NCBI GenBank assembly: GCA_016932815.1
Contig: JAFGCC010000015.1
Span: 1,402 to 65,401, forward strand
Direction: 5' to 3'
Length of the DNA stretch: 64,000 nucleotides
Source: Candidatus Micrarchaeota archaeon
GTDB lineage: Archaea; Micrarchaeota; Micrarchaeia; Anstonellales; Bilamarchaeaceae
Shown in pieces: positions 9,231 to 17,477 of the stretch. Position 1 is the first letter of the stretch. Every line of letters begins with the position of its first letter. The notes beneath the pieces are model-generated. The model had not been told where the DNA came from. It made no database searches and saw only the letters and a list, made by a program, of their open reading frames with translations. Both the position numbers and the translations under genes were made by a program.

Positions 9231-9250
9231 GCGAAGAAGAAAGGATAGGG
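9138..9250 (+). repeat. Junction repeat copy A (tail of paralog 4 plus start of paralog 5)
   Basis: cctcccccaaggttcaggaatcccataggcaggaaggcaaggaacaattcggcagggaaaatgaaagccgcaataggaggcgcaaagccATGagcgaagaagaaaggatagg aligns without gaps to 10670-10782. By eye there are about 15 mismatches in about 113 nt. Confidence 0.8.
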
Positions 9251-10762
9251 CTACTGCTAACCCACCTTCTTTCCGATGACAATGAACTCAAGGTGGAAGC
9301 GTTTGAAGACCTGGTGGAGGACATAGGGGAGCCAGCGGTTCCTGCACTGCTTGATTTGCTTAAGATTGGTGATAAAAAGGCAAAGGCCCATGCCCTATGG
9401 GTATTGGAGGGGATAGGCGGAGATTCCGCGCTCTCCGCACTGCTTGCCGAGGCCGGCAGCAGGGAGAGTGAGGTAAGGTGCGAAGCAATAGAAGCGTTGG
9501 GAAAGTTCGGGAACCCGGAGGCGCTCTCCGTGCTATCCGAAGCAATAATGGACGAGTGCCCGGAAACAGGCAATGCCGCTTTCAAAGCGCTCAAGAAAAT
9601 CGGGGTTCCCGCAATCGATGCCCTGGTTTCCGTAATCATGGCCGCATCGGAGGAAAAGGACGCCCCCGCGGGAAGGAGGGCCGCAGAAGCGCTTAGCGGC
9701 ACCGAGCAACGCCCCCCCGGCCCATGCCCACTCGGCTTGCTTTACGCATTGCGGCACGATAGCGCCTTCGTGCGCGCAAATGCCGCGGCCGCCTTCGGGG
9801 GAACGGCCTGGCGGCTTTCGGCGCCATGGGCACTGGCAAGCGCCATCAAAGACAAATCCCCCATAGTGAGGGCGGCAGCCGCAGAAGCCATGGGAACGCT
9901 GAAAGGGCTGCCGCCGTGCGACATAGGGCCCCTGCTCAATGCATTGGGCGACCCCGTGCCCCTGGTGAGGCAGAACAGCGCCTGCGCACTGGGGAACATA
10001 AGGAACCCCGGTGCAACGGTCGGCTTGATATCAGCGCTGCAAGACGACGATGAGAGCGTAGTCCTCAGTTGCGTGCAGGCACTGGGGAAAATCGGGGACT
10101 GGAGGGCAGTCCCCGCCCTGGCCGGACTGCTAATGGGCCCGAACCCGCTTTTACGCGATGCCGCAGCAGAGGCGATGACCATGCGATGCCCCCACGCAAC
10201 CGCGGTATTCATAAGAGCGCTAAAGGGCAGGAGCGAGGAGCTCAGGGCCGTTTCCGCAAATGCCCTCGGTGAAGACACGGACCCCGCCGCAATCCCCGCG
10301 CTGATTGAATCGCTGGATGACCAAAGCCCAAAGGTGAGGGCCGCAGCCGCGGGGGCATTGGGGAAGATAAACGCGGGCGGCAATTTCCAGCGCGACATTG
10401 CGCCTGCAATCCCGCGGCTCGTAGAACTGCTCAGGGACAAAAACGAGGGCGTGGTGGCCGCTTCTTCCTGCTGCCTTGCAACTTTGCTTCCCAGAAAAGC
10501 GGAAGAGCTTTACTCCCTCCACAAGGCGGTGATTCACCTGGGGAAGTCTCGGGGATGGGGGAGCGGGGAGAACAGGGGGCGGGACTCCCTTGCGGACACA
10601 TACAACCGCTGGTTTGCCCACCTGCAGAAGAAAAGTATCATGGAGCACGAAAAGGGGGGAATGCAGGAGCCTCCCCCAAGGTTCAGGAACCCCATAAGCA
10701 GGAGGGCAAGGAACAATTCGGCAGGGCAGATGAGAGCCGCAATAGGAGGGCGAAGGGCATGA
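9227..10762 (+). CDS. HEAT-repeat paralog 5 of 12 (long form)
   Basis: 511 aa. It begins MSEEERIGLLLTHLLSDD. The repeat core is collinear with paralog 2 (for example DDQSPKVRAAAAGALGKIN versus DDSPKVRAAAAEALGKIN). The tail is EELYSLHKAV...TYNRWFAHL...GMQEPPPRFRNPISRRARNNSAGQMRAAIGGRRA. Confidence 0.88.
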   Translation: MSEEERIGLLLTHLLSDDNELKVEAFEDLVEDIGEPAVPALLDLLKIGDKKAKAHALWVLEGIGGDSALSALLAEAGSRESEVRCEAIEALGKFGNPEALSVLSEAIMDECPETGNAAFKALKKIGVPAIDALVSVIMAASEEKDAPAGRRAAEALSGTEQRPPGPCPLGLLYALRHDSAFVRANAAAAFGGTAWRLSAPWALASAIKDKSPIVRAAAAEAMGTLKGLPPCDIGPLLNALGDPVPLVRQNSACALGNIRNPGATVGLISALQDDDESVVLSCVQALGKIGDWRAVPALAGLLMGPNPLLRDAAAEAMTMRCPHATAVFIRALKGRSEELRAVSANALGEDTDPAAIPALIESLDDQSPKVRAAAAGALGKINAGGNFQRDIAPAIPRLVELLRDKNEGVVAASSCCLATLLPRKAEELYSLHKAVIHLGKSRGWGSGENRGRDSLADTYNRWFAHLQKKSIMEHEKGGMQEPPPRFRNPISRRARNNSAGQMRAAIGGRRA

Positions 10763-10782
10763 ATGAAGAAGAGAGAATAGGC
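10670..10782 (+). repeat. Junction repeat copy B (tail of paralog 5 plus start of paralog 6)
   Basis: This is the nucleotide-level counterpart of 9138-9250. It has the same PPPRFRNP...ARNNSAG...AAIGG coding, the same GGAGG and the same M-x-EEERIG start. Confidence 0.8.
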
Positions 10783-12318
10783 AGGTGGATGAACAAGCCC
10801 CTCCCCGAAGATGCGCAGCGCAGGCTGGAAGAAACAAAGGAACTATCAGGGCTTGGGGAATCCGCAATCCCGCAACTCCTTGAACTCGCCAAGGACAAGT
10901 ACTACAAGGTGAGGCAATATGCAATCCACGCCATCTCCGAAATCGGGGGTGAACCTGCGGTTTCCGCCCTGCTCAAACTGCTAGATGGAGCGGACAGTTG
11001 TTCCAAGGGAGATATAATAATGGCGCTTGGGGCAACAAAGGAGCCTGCCGCCGTGCCTGCAATCCATGCTGCAATGGCCAATGTTTATGACTGGGTAAAG
11101 AAAAACGCAGTTTGGGCGCTAGAGAGGATGGGGGATGTGGCTGCAAAGGAGCTCCTTCCCATCCTGGAAAATGGAACCAACGGGGAGAGGATTAATGCTG
11201 CAGTTGCAATCGGGAAAACCAGGGGCACAATAGCGCTTCCCGCATTGCTCAGGGCTCTAAGGGATGGGGGCAGGTTTGTTGGGAGCAATGCTGCAATTGC
11301 GCTTGGGCAACTCGGTGACAAGAGGGCAACCCCGCACCTCCTTGCGCAGATGGAGCGCAAGGATTCTGAGAACATAAGAAACTGGTGCGCGCACGCCCTA
11401 GGGGAAATAAACGATTCTTCTGCAATCCCCAGGATGGTCACCCTGATGCATCTTGCTTCAAAGAAGAATGCCACACTGGACTTTGCAAAGGAGCTCTCAT
11501 TTGCGCTAATGAAAATGGGGCTTCCCCCTGTTTCCTGCATCCCGGAGCTATTGGAAATAATAGCCATGAACTGCATTACGGTGAATGCGGAACGCGAGAG
11601 GGTAAGCGAGTACATAAAGTGGGCGCTCCCGCACATGGGGGAACCCGCAGTCCCGTTACTCACTTCCGCACTGTTCCATCCAAGGAGGCCCATTGTGGTG
11701 CACGCATCAGAAGCCCTCTCCCAGATGCATAAATGCACCAATGTAAAAAAACAATACGGAGAAGGCTCGCCCGCAACCGCTTCGCTCTCAGAAATAGCAA
11801 CAAATCAGGAAAACCCGGTTGAAGTGCGAAACGAAGCAATCGGGATTCTCCAGAAAATAGGGGATGAACGGGCGCTTCCCGCAATCCTTTCACTAATAGA
11901 AGACCCGGAAAAATCCATACGCAGGAATGCCGCAACCGCCATGTGCGGGTTCAGGGCGGACAGCGCGACCCTCTCGGTCCTAATCGAAGCGGCCCTGGAT
12001 ACCGAGGCGCAGGTCAGGCTCGAGGCAGTTACTACTCTATCCAGGATGCCCCCAGGAACCCTGCGGGACTTGAAGCCCCTAGCCTGTGCAATCCGCGCCA
12101 CAAAGAATGCGCAGGAAGAAGGAGGGGACAGGGGCAGGGAAATGAATTCGCTCAGGGAAACATACAATAGGTGGTTTTCCCAGCTTTCTGAGAGGGCGGA
12201 GAGGAGGCATCATAATGTGCCCCAGCCTCCTCCACGGTTTAGGGCACCCAAAAAGAATCCCGGAAGAGGCAGCATCGCAGCCCAAAACAAAATCGTAGTT
12301 GGAGGGAAAATGCAATGA
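10759..12318 (+). CDS. HEAT-repeat paralog 6 of 12
   Basis: 519 aa from ATG 10759 (MNEEERIGRWMNKPLPED), which overlaps the stop of paralog 5. The track start at 10555 is rejected. The central part is collinear with paralog 7 (AIPRMVTLMHLASKKNATLDFAKEL...YIKWALPHMGEPAVPLLTSAL). The tail is GTLRDLKPLA...TYNRWFSQL...PQPPPRFRAPKKNPGRGSIAAQNKIVVGGKMQ. Confidence 0.86.
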   Translation: MNEEERIGRWMNKPLPEDAQRRLEETKELSGLGESAIPQLLELAKDKYYKVRQYAIHAISEIGGEPAVSALLKLLDGADSCSKGDIIMALGATKEPAAVPAIHAAMANVYDWVKKNAVWALERMGDVAAKELLPILENGTNGERINAAVAIGKTRGTIALPALLRALRDGGRFVGSNAAIALGQLGDKRATPHLLAQMERKDSENIRNWCAHALGEINDSSAIPRMVTLMHLASKKNATLDFAKELSFALMKMGLPPVSCIPELLEIIAMNCITVNAERERVSEYIKWALPHMGEPAVPLLTSALFHPRRPIVVHASEALSQMHKCTNVKKQYGEGSPATASLSEIATNQENPVEVRNEAIGILQKIGDERALPAILSLIEDPEKSIRRNAATAMCGFRADSATLSVLIEAALDTEAQVRLEAVTTLSRMPPGTLRDLKPLACAIRATKNAQEEGGDRGREMNSLRETYNRWFSQLSERAERRHHNVPQPPPRFRAPKKNPGRGSIAAQNKIVVGGKMQ

Positions 12319-13646
12319 TGAATCCTTTTCTTTATCTGAGGATACGGAGGCTTTTCAACGATTCCACACACGAAGCCGTATTCAGGGGAAAATGGATAAT
12401 GTCCCGGGATTACATAATTAGGGAGTTGAAGGAGATTGGCCCCCCCGCAGTCAAGGTAATCTCCAAGAAGCTACGGAGCAGGAACAGCGGGCGGAGGCTC
12501 CATGCAGCCTATTTGCTGGGGGAATTTGGCAGCCCCCTTGCGGTTCCTCCGCTAATTGAAGCACTCAATTCCGATGATTGTGAATTGAGTTGCGCAGCCG
12601 CAATCGCACTTGGCAAAATAAGGGATAAGAGGGCAACTCCGGAACTCCTCAACCAGTTTGAGAGGGGGGGCCTGCAGCTAAGCCTCGATTGTGCCCATGC
12701 CTTGGGGGAGATAGGCGATGCTTCCGCAATCCCAAGGATGGTTGGTTTGATGCGGTTTGCATCAAAGAGGGAATCTGCTGCGGATTTTGCCAATCAGCTT
12801 GCAGAAGCCCTAAAGAAACTCGGCCCCCCTCCGGCTTCCTGCGTGCCCACTTTGCTTGAACTAGGCGCCTACGGGAATTTCTCCTGCCTTTCTTCTAAAG
12901 AAGTGGCGGCATACGTGAGATGGGCGCTCCCCAGGATGGAGGAATCCGCGATTCCCATGCTGGTATCGGCATTGGCACAGGAGAATTTCCCCCTCCCGGA
13001 GGGGCAGGCATACTGTGCCAGGGAGGCGCTGCTGGGGAAGGGAGCCTCCGCGGTTTCCGAGTTGGTTTTGGCAGTGGAAAATAAGGGGAATCCCCAGATC
13101 CTAAGGGAAGATTCCATCCGCATCCTAGGGAGGATAAAAGACCCTTCTGCAGTGGGCGCATTGGCCTCCGCATTGAAAGAGGAGAGGATGTCCACACGGA
13201 TGGCTGCAGCCAAAGCACTCGGAAAGATAGGGGACTCTTCTGCAATCTCCCCATTGCTTGAGTGCATAAAGTGCGAGAGGGGAGGCGACCTCCGGGATGC
13301 GCTTGCGGAATTGCTCCAAGCGCCCTCAGATGGCGGGCAGCAGGTCAGGCTTGCGGCAGCCGCTTCTCTCTCCATGATGCACCCAAGAAGCCCCCGGGAT
13401 TTGCTTTTATTGCACAAGGCGATAGTTGCGGTAACCGGATTGGTGAGGGGGGAGGATGCAAAAGCGGACGGAGGCCCTTCGTTAAGGAAAATTTATGAAA
13501 AGTGGGCAATGCAGCTTAGCCAACTTGCAGCAGAAAAGCACAAAAACAGCAAATTGCAAATTCCACCTAGGCTAAGAAAGCCCCCCGCGCATATGAGGCG
13601 CAGGGAGGATATTTGCAGGAGAATGGTTGCAGGGAGGAGAGCATGA
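12315..13646 (+). CDS. HEAT-repeat paralog 7 of 12 (MMNP-type N-terminus)
   Basis: 443 aa. It begins MMNPFLYLRIRRLFND. HEAT repeats include AVPPLIEALNSDDCELSCAAAIALGKIRD. The tail is PRDLLLLHKAI...IYEKWAMQL...LQIPPRLRKPPAHMRRREDICRRMVAGRRA. Confidence 0.86.
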   Translation: MMNPFLYLRIRRLFNDSTHEAVFRGKWIMSRDYIIRELKEIGPPAVKVISKKLRSRNSGRRLHAAYLLGEFGSPLAVPPLIEALNSDDCELSCAAAIALGKIRDKRATPELLNQFERGGLQLSLDCAHALGEIGDASAIPRMVGLMRFASKRESAADFANQLAEALKKLGPPPASCVPTLLELGAYGNFSCLSSKEVAAYVRWALPRMEESAIPMLVSALAQENFPLPEGQAYCAREALLGKGASAVSELVLAVENKGNPQILREDSIRILGRIKDPSAVGALASALKEERMSTRMAAAKALGKIGDSSAISPLLECIKCERGGDLRDALAELLQAPSDGGQQVRLAAAASLSMMHPRSPRDLLLLHKAIVAVTGLVRGEDAKADGGPSLRKIYEKWAMQLSQLAAEKHKNSKLQIPPRLRKPPAHMRRREDICRRMVAGRRA

Positions 13647-14731
13647 GCACCCATACGGAAGTTAAGCAGCTTATTAGGGACCTAAAATCCAGCGATGCTA
13701 GCGTGAGCCTCCAGGCCCTGCACCGCTTCACTAAAATAACCGATGCAACCGCTGTTCCGGAACTGCTGCGCGCACTAAGAAGCGGAGACAAGCAGGTAAT
13801 GGATGCAGCGGGGCTTGGCCTAATAAGCATAGGAGAGCCCGCAGTTGCGCTTTTGGTTCGGGCGCTAAGGAAGGAAAAAAACTGGGGAGTCAAGTGCCAC
13901 TGTGCATATGCTTTGGGGGAAATAGGAGATGCCTATGCAACCAGGGCGCTTCTTTCTGCAATAAGGGGAAAGGACTTCCTTGTAAAGACCAACTGCCTAC
14001 AGGCACTAGGGAAAATAAGGGACCCTTCAGCATCTTCTGCGCTAGTTAGGTTGTTGGGCAACAAGAGGCTCCGGGAGGATGCCGCAAGGGTTCTGGGGGA
14101 AATCGGGGCGCCCGCAGCGCCTGAGCTTGCAAAGGCGCTAAAAAACAAGATAACAGGCTCCCGCGCAGCAAAAGTGCTCCTCAAAATCGGGGAGCCTTCG
14201 GTTCCCGCATTAATGAAAGCCCTGCAGGGGAGAAACGATTTGGCAAGGCGGCGCGCTGCAACCGTGCTAAGCGGAATCGGGGGAACTTCAACCGCCACCG
14301 CGCTAACAGACGCCCTAAGAAGCAGGTCCGAGAAGGCAAGAGTAGCCGCATCCCACGCACTAATCAAGGTCCAGGATGATAGGGCAACGCCGCACCTCAT
14401 TTGCGCCCTTGGGGATTCTAGCGCAAAGGTCAGGAAGAACGCGGCCATAGCAATTGAAAAAGCGCAACCAAACAGCATGGACGATTTGCATAATCTCCGC
14501 AGGCAGATAAAATCGCTTGTAAAAGAGCACGGGAAAGATTGCCCCAAATGGATGATAGACTCTCTTGGCGCAACCTACAAGCGCTGGTCTGCGCATCTAG
14601 GAAGAAAGTGCAGGAAGGCCCACAAGGACGGAGGGCTCCTCCCCCCGCCCAAGAGGTTCCGCAATCCCCCCGCCCCCCAGAAGCACTATAACCTGTTTTG
14701 CAGGCCAAAGAGGATGTGGAGGGCGCACTGA
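13643..14731 (+). CDS. HEAT-repeat paralog 8 of 12
   Basis: 362 aa from ATG 13643 (MSTHTEVKQLIRDLKSSD), which overlaps the stop of paralog 7; the track start 13613 is rejected. Repeats include AVPELLRALRSGDKQVMDAAGLGL and ATPHLICALGDSSAKVRKNAAIAI. The tail is MDDLHNLRRQI...TYKRWSAHL...LLPPPKRFRNPPAPQKHYN.... Confidence 0.86.
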   Translation: MSTHTEVKQLIRDLKSSDASVSLQALHRFTKITDATAVPELLRALRSGDKQVMDAAGLGLISIGEPAVALLVRALRKEKNWGVKCHCAYALGEIGDAYATRALLSAIRGKDFLVKTNCLQALGKIRDPSASSALVRLLGNKRLREDAARVLGEIGAPAAPELAKALKNKITGSRAAKVLLKIGEPSVPALMKALQGRNDLARRRAATVLSGIGGTSTATALTDALRSRSEKARVAASHALIKVQDDRATPHLICALGDSSAKVRKNAAIAIEKAQPNSMDDLHNLRRQIKSLVKEHGKDCPKWMIDSLGATYKRWSAHLGRKCRKAHKDGGLLPPPKRFRNPPAPQKHYNLFCRPKRMWRAH

Positions 14732-15606
14732 TGGGAAGGGGGGAAATAGCCTCGCTTGTTGCGCAACTGGGGGCCGGAGAATCTTCTCTTAGGGCAAAAG
14801 CCGCAGAAAGCCTGGGGGAGCTAAGGGCGGTTTCCGCAATCCCGCACTTGTTTGCGGCAATGAGGGAGGACAACGTTTCATTAACGCGCGCAGCAGGGGA
14901 TGCTCTCTCCTTGATGGGCAAGCCCGCCGTGCCGCAATTAATCGGGGGGCTCTCAGACGAGTTTTGGGCAGTCCGCTACCATTGCGCCTGTGCATTAGGG
15001 GAGCTGCGGGATGCAGCAGCCGTGGAGCAGCTCATAGCGGCATTGGGCGATGGGAGTATGCTAGGTAGGGGGGCTGCCGCAAAAGCCCTTGGGCAGATAA
15101 AAGATGCGCGTGCGATTCCCCACTTAATCAACCTCCTCTCGGATGAGCAGATTGGAAGGGAGGCTGCGGTTTCCCTATTCAGGATGGGCCGCCCCGCAAT
15201 GCGCGAACTAATAAACTATGCCAACATTGCTTCTTGGCCCCCGGAAAAAACCCCCTGCCCCGTTGCAACGAGGGCGATTGTCTTTGCGCTGAAAAAAGGC
15301 CCCCCGGAATGGAGGCGGGATGGGGAATACGATGCGGTTTTCGGGAGGAAGCCCGGGGGCGCAGCGGAACTCATCCTGCTGCACCGGGTTCTGCGGTGCA
15401 CAGAGGAATTGCGGAAACTGGGCAAGGCAAGCGAAGAGGAGGTAAGTTCGCTAAGGGAAACCTATTCGCGGTGGTATGAGTTCCTCCGCGGCAGGTGCGA
15501 AGGCGAGCACGCTTCCATGAACCTCCCCCCAAAGAGGGCACCAATCCGCAGGAAGAGGAGGCAGAATCCCATGCAGGCTAGGATGGCAACCGGGGGGAGA
15601 AAATGA
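14731..15606 (+). CDS. HEAT-repeat paralog 9 of 12
   Basis: 291 aa from ATG 14731 (MGRGEIASLVAQLGAGE), a 1-nt overlap with the upstream stop (TGATG); the track start 14698 is rejected. Repeats include AIPHLFAAMREDNVSLTRAAGDAL and AIPHLINLLSDEQIGREAAVSL. The tail is AELILLHRVL...TYSRWYEFL...HASMNLPPKRAPIRRKRRQNPMQARMATGGRK. Confidence 0.85.
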   Translation: MGRGEIASLVAQLGAGESSLRAKAAESLGELRAVSAIPHLFAAMREDNVSLTRAAGDALSLMGKPAVPQLIGGLSDEFWAVRYHCACALGELRDAAAVEQLIAALGDGSMLGRGAAAKALGQIKDARAIPHLINLLSDEQIGREAAVSLFRMGRPAMRELINYANIASWPPEKTPCPVATRAIVFALKKGPPEWRRDGEYDAVFGRKPGGAAELILLHRVLRCTEELRKLGKASEEEVSSLRETYSRWYEFLRGRCEGEHASMNLPPKRAPIRRKRRQNPMQARMATGGRK

Positions 15607-16643
15607 GCAACGGAAAGATTGAGCTTCTCCTTGAGAACCTGCAATCGAGGAATTCCAGTTCCCGCTCTTCTGCTGCGTACCTGCTTGGCCAGCGCGCTTC
15701 GGAAATAGCCGGGCCCCAGAGGGATTCCGCCGTTTCCCTGCTCATTGGGGCATTTGGGGATGAGCCTTCAATGTTGAGGGCGAATGCGGCGGAAACTTTG
15801 GGAAAACTAAAGGCCACTTCCGCGATATCCGCGCTAACTGGGATTCTGGATGATGCGGATGAGGCCGTAATGAAGAAAGCTGCAGAGGCGCTATGCATAA
15901 TGAAAGCGCGCGAAGCTGCGCCCAAACTATTGGAAATCGTGCTATCCTCAAAGGCCGTGCTCAAGATGCACAGGGGCCATGCTGCCGCAGTTGCCCTAAG
16001 AGGGATTAGGGAGCCTTCATGCGCGCCCAACCTGGTTCTTGCGTTGAGGAGCCAGAATGCCCAGGTGCGCGCCCACGCCGCAATTGCGCTTGGGGGAACA
16101 AACGTTCCGGGCGTAAATGAAGCTTTAATCTCCGCACTCAAAGACCTGGACTGGATGGTAAGGTTCAATTCCGCATGCTCGCTTGGGGAGCTTAAAAACG
16201 GCAAATCCCTGCGCCCTTTAATACGGACGCTCAATACGGATGAAGATGGCATCGTAAAATCCGGTGCCGCAAGGTCACTTGGAAAGCTAAAAAAGCCCTC
16301 CGCTGTGCCGCACCTCTTATCCTGCATAAGGAAGGGGGATGAGAGGCTAATCCGCGAAGCTGCGCAGGCTCTCTCAGAAATAAGGCCAAGGGGCATTGAT
16401 GATTTGAGGCTGCTTGCAAATGCCATACGCGAAATAAAAAAGCGCACAATACAGGAGCCCGTGCTGCGCGAGGGGCTTGGCTGCCTTTGGGAAACCTACT
16501 CCAAATGGGCAGCCCGGCTGAGCAGGATGCGCTCCCGCGGGAATTCGGGAATAAGGCCCCCGCCCCGCTTTAGGAGTTGCCCTGCAAAGTTTGCGCGCAA
16601 GCCGCCAAGGCAGGGGAAGATTAAGATGGAGGCAGGGCAATGA
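15603..16643 (+). CDS. HEAT-repeat paralog 10 of 12
   Basis: 346 aa. It begins MSNGKIELLLENLQSRN. Repeats include AISALTGILDDADEAVMKKAAEAL and AVPHLLSCIRKGDERLIREAAQAL. The tail is IDDLRLLANAI...TYSKWAARL...GIRPPPRFRSCPAKFARKPPRQGKIKMEAGQ. Confidence 0.86.
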   Translation: MSNGKIELLLENLQSRNSSSRSSAAYLLGQRASEIAGPQRDSAVSLLIGAFGDEPSMLRANAAETLGKLKATSAISALTGILDDADEAVMKKAAEALCIMKAREAAPKLLEIVLSSKAVLKMHRGHAAAVALRGIREPSCAPNLVLALRSQNAQVRAHAAIALGGTNVPGVNEALISALKDLDWMVRFNSACSLGELKNGKSLRPLIRTLNTDEDGIVKSGAARSLGKLKKPSAVPHLLSCIRKGDERLIREAAQALSEIRPRGIDDLRLLANAIREIKKRTIQEPVLREGLGCLWETYSKWAARLSRMRSRGNSGIRPPPRFRSCPAKFARKPPRQGKIKMEAGQ

Positions 16644-17473
16644 GCGGCCATCCCCTTGAGCATAGGATACGGCGCCTCCTAGCTTCCATGGGCGATGAGG
16701 AAGAAGCGGATGCCGCACTCTCCCAACTAGTTAAGCTGGGAAAGGATGCACTCCCATGCCTCATCCCAATTCTGGGGCAGGATGAATCATGGGAATCCAG
16801 GCGGGATAGCGCAATAGCGCTTGGCGCAATAGGGGATGCAGGCGCAATCGATGCATTGGTTTGCGCAATGGGCGATGAAGATGGCGATGTTAGCTACCAT
16901 GCGGGAGAAGCCCTTGCAAAAATCGGGGAGGCTGCCCTCTCCCCCTTGTTTGCGGCACTCGAAAGCGGGAAGCCGAAAACCAGGAGGAGGGCGGCACACG
17001 CGCTAAGCGGGCTTGGGGATGCGCGGGTGCCCCCCAAGCTCATTGGCATGCTCGCAGACAGCAACCCAATTGTCAGGAAAGCTGCCGCCTATTCACTAGG
17101 CAAAAGGAAGGAGGAATCGGCAATCTTCCCTTTGATTTCCACCCTGCTTGATACCGATTCTTCTGTGAGGAAAGAATGCTGCGATGCACTGCGCGCAATA
17201 GGCCCGCGGGATGCGAGGGATTTGCGCTTTTTGCAGAGGACACTCAATTGCTTGCGGCAAATGCAGGAGAAAGGAGAGGTGCAGGCACAGGATTTGCCTT
17301 CATTGGAAGCGCTGTATGAGAGCTGGGCACACAAGCTGGGAGCAGCATGCAAGGAGAACCACGAGGGATTAGCGGGAATCCCGCCTAGGACAACGAATCG
17401 TCCCCCATTTAGAAGGAATGGGCTGCACAATGGAAAAAGGGCTGCGGTATTGGCGCTGCGCACAAGAAGGTGA
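16640..17473 (+). CDS. HEAT-repeat paralog 11 of 12
   Basis: 277 aa. It begins MSGHPLEHRIRRLLASMGDEEE. Repeats include AIDALVCAMGDEDGDVSYHAGEALAKIG and VPPKLIGMLADSNPIVRKAAAYSLG. The tail is ARDLRFLQRTL...LYESWAHKL...HEGLAGIPPRTTNRPPFRRNGLHNGKRAAVLALRTRR. Confidence 0.85.
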   Translation: MSGHPLEHRIRRLLASMGDEEEADAALSQLVKLGKDALPCLIPILGQDESWESRRDSAIALGAIGDAGAIDALVCAMGDEDGDVSYHAGEALAKIGEAALSPLFAALESGKPKTRRRAAHALSGLGDARVPPKLIGMLADSNPIVRKAAAYSLGKRKEESAIFPLISTLLDTDSSVRKECCDALRAIGPRDARDLRFLQRTLNCLRQMQEKGEVQAQDLPSLEALYESWAHKLGAACKENHEGLAGIPPRTTNRPPFRRNGLHNGKRAAVLALRTRR

Positions 17474-17477
17474 AATA

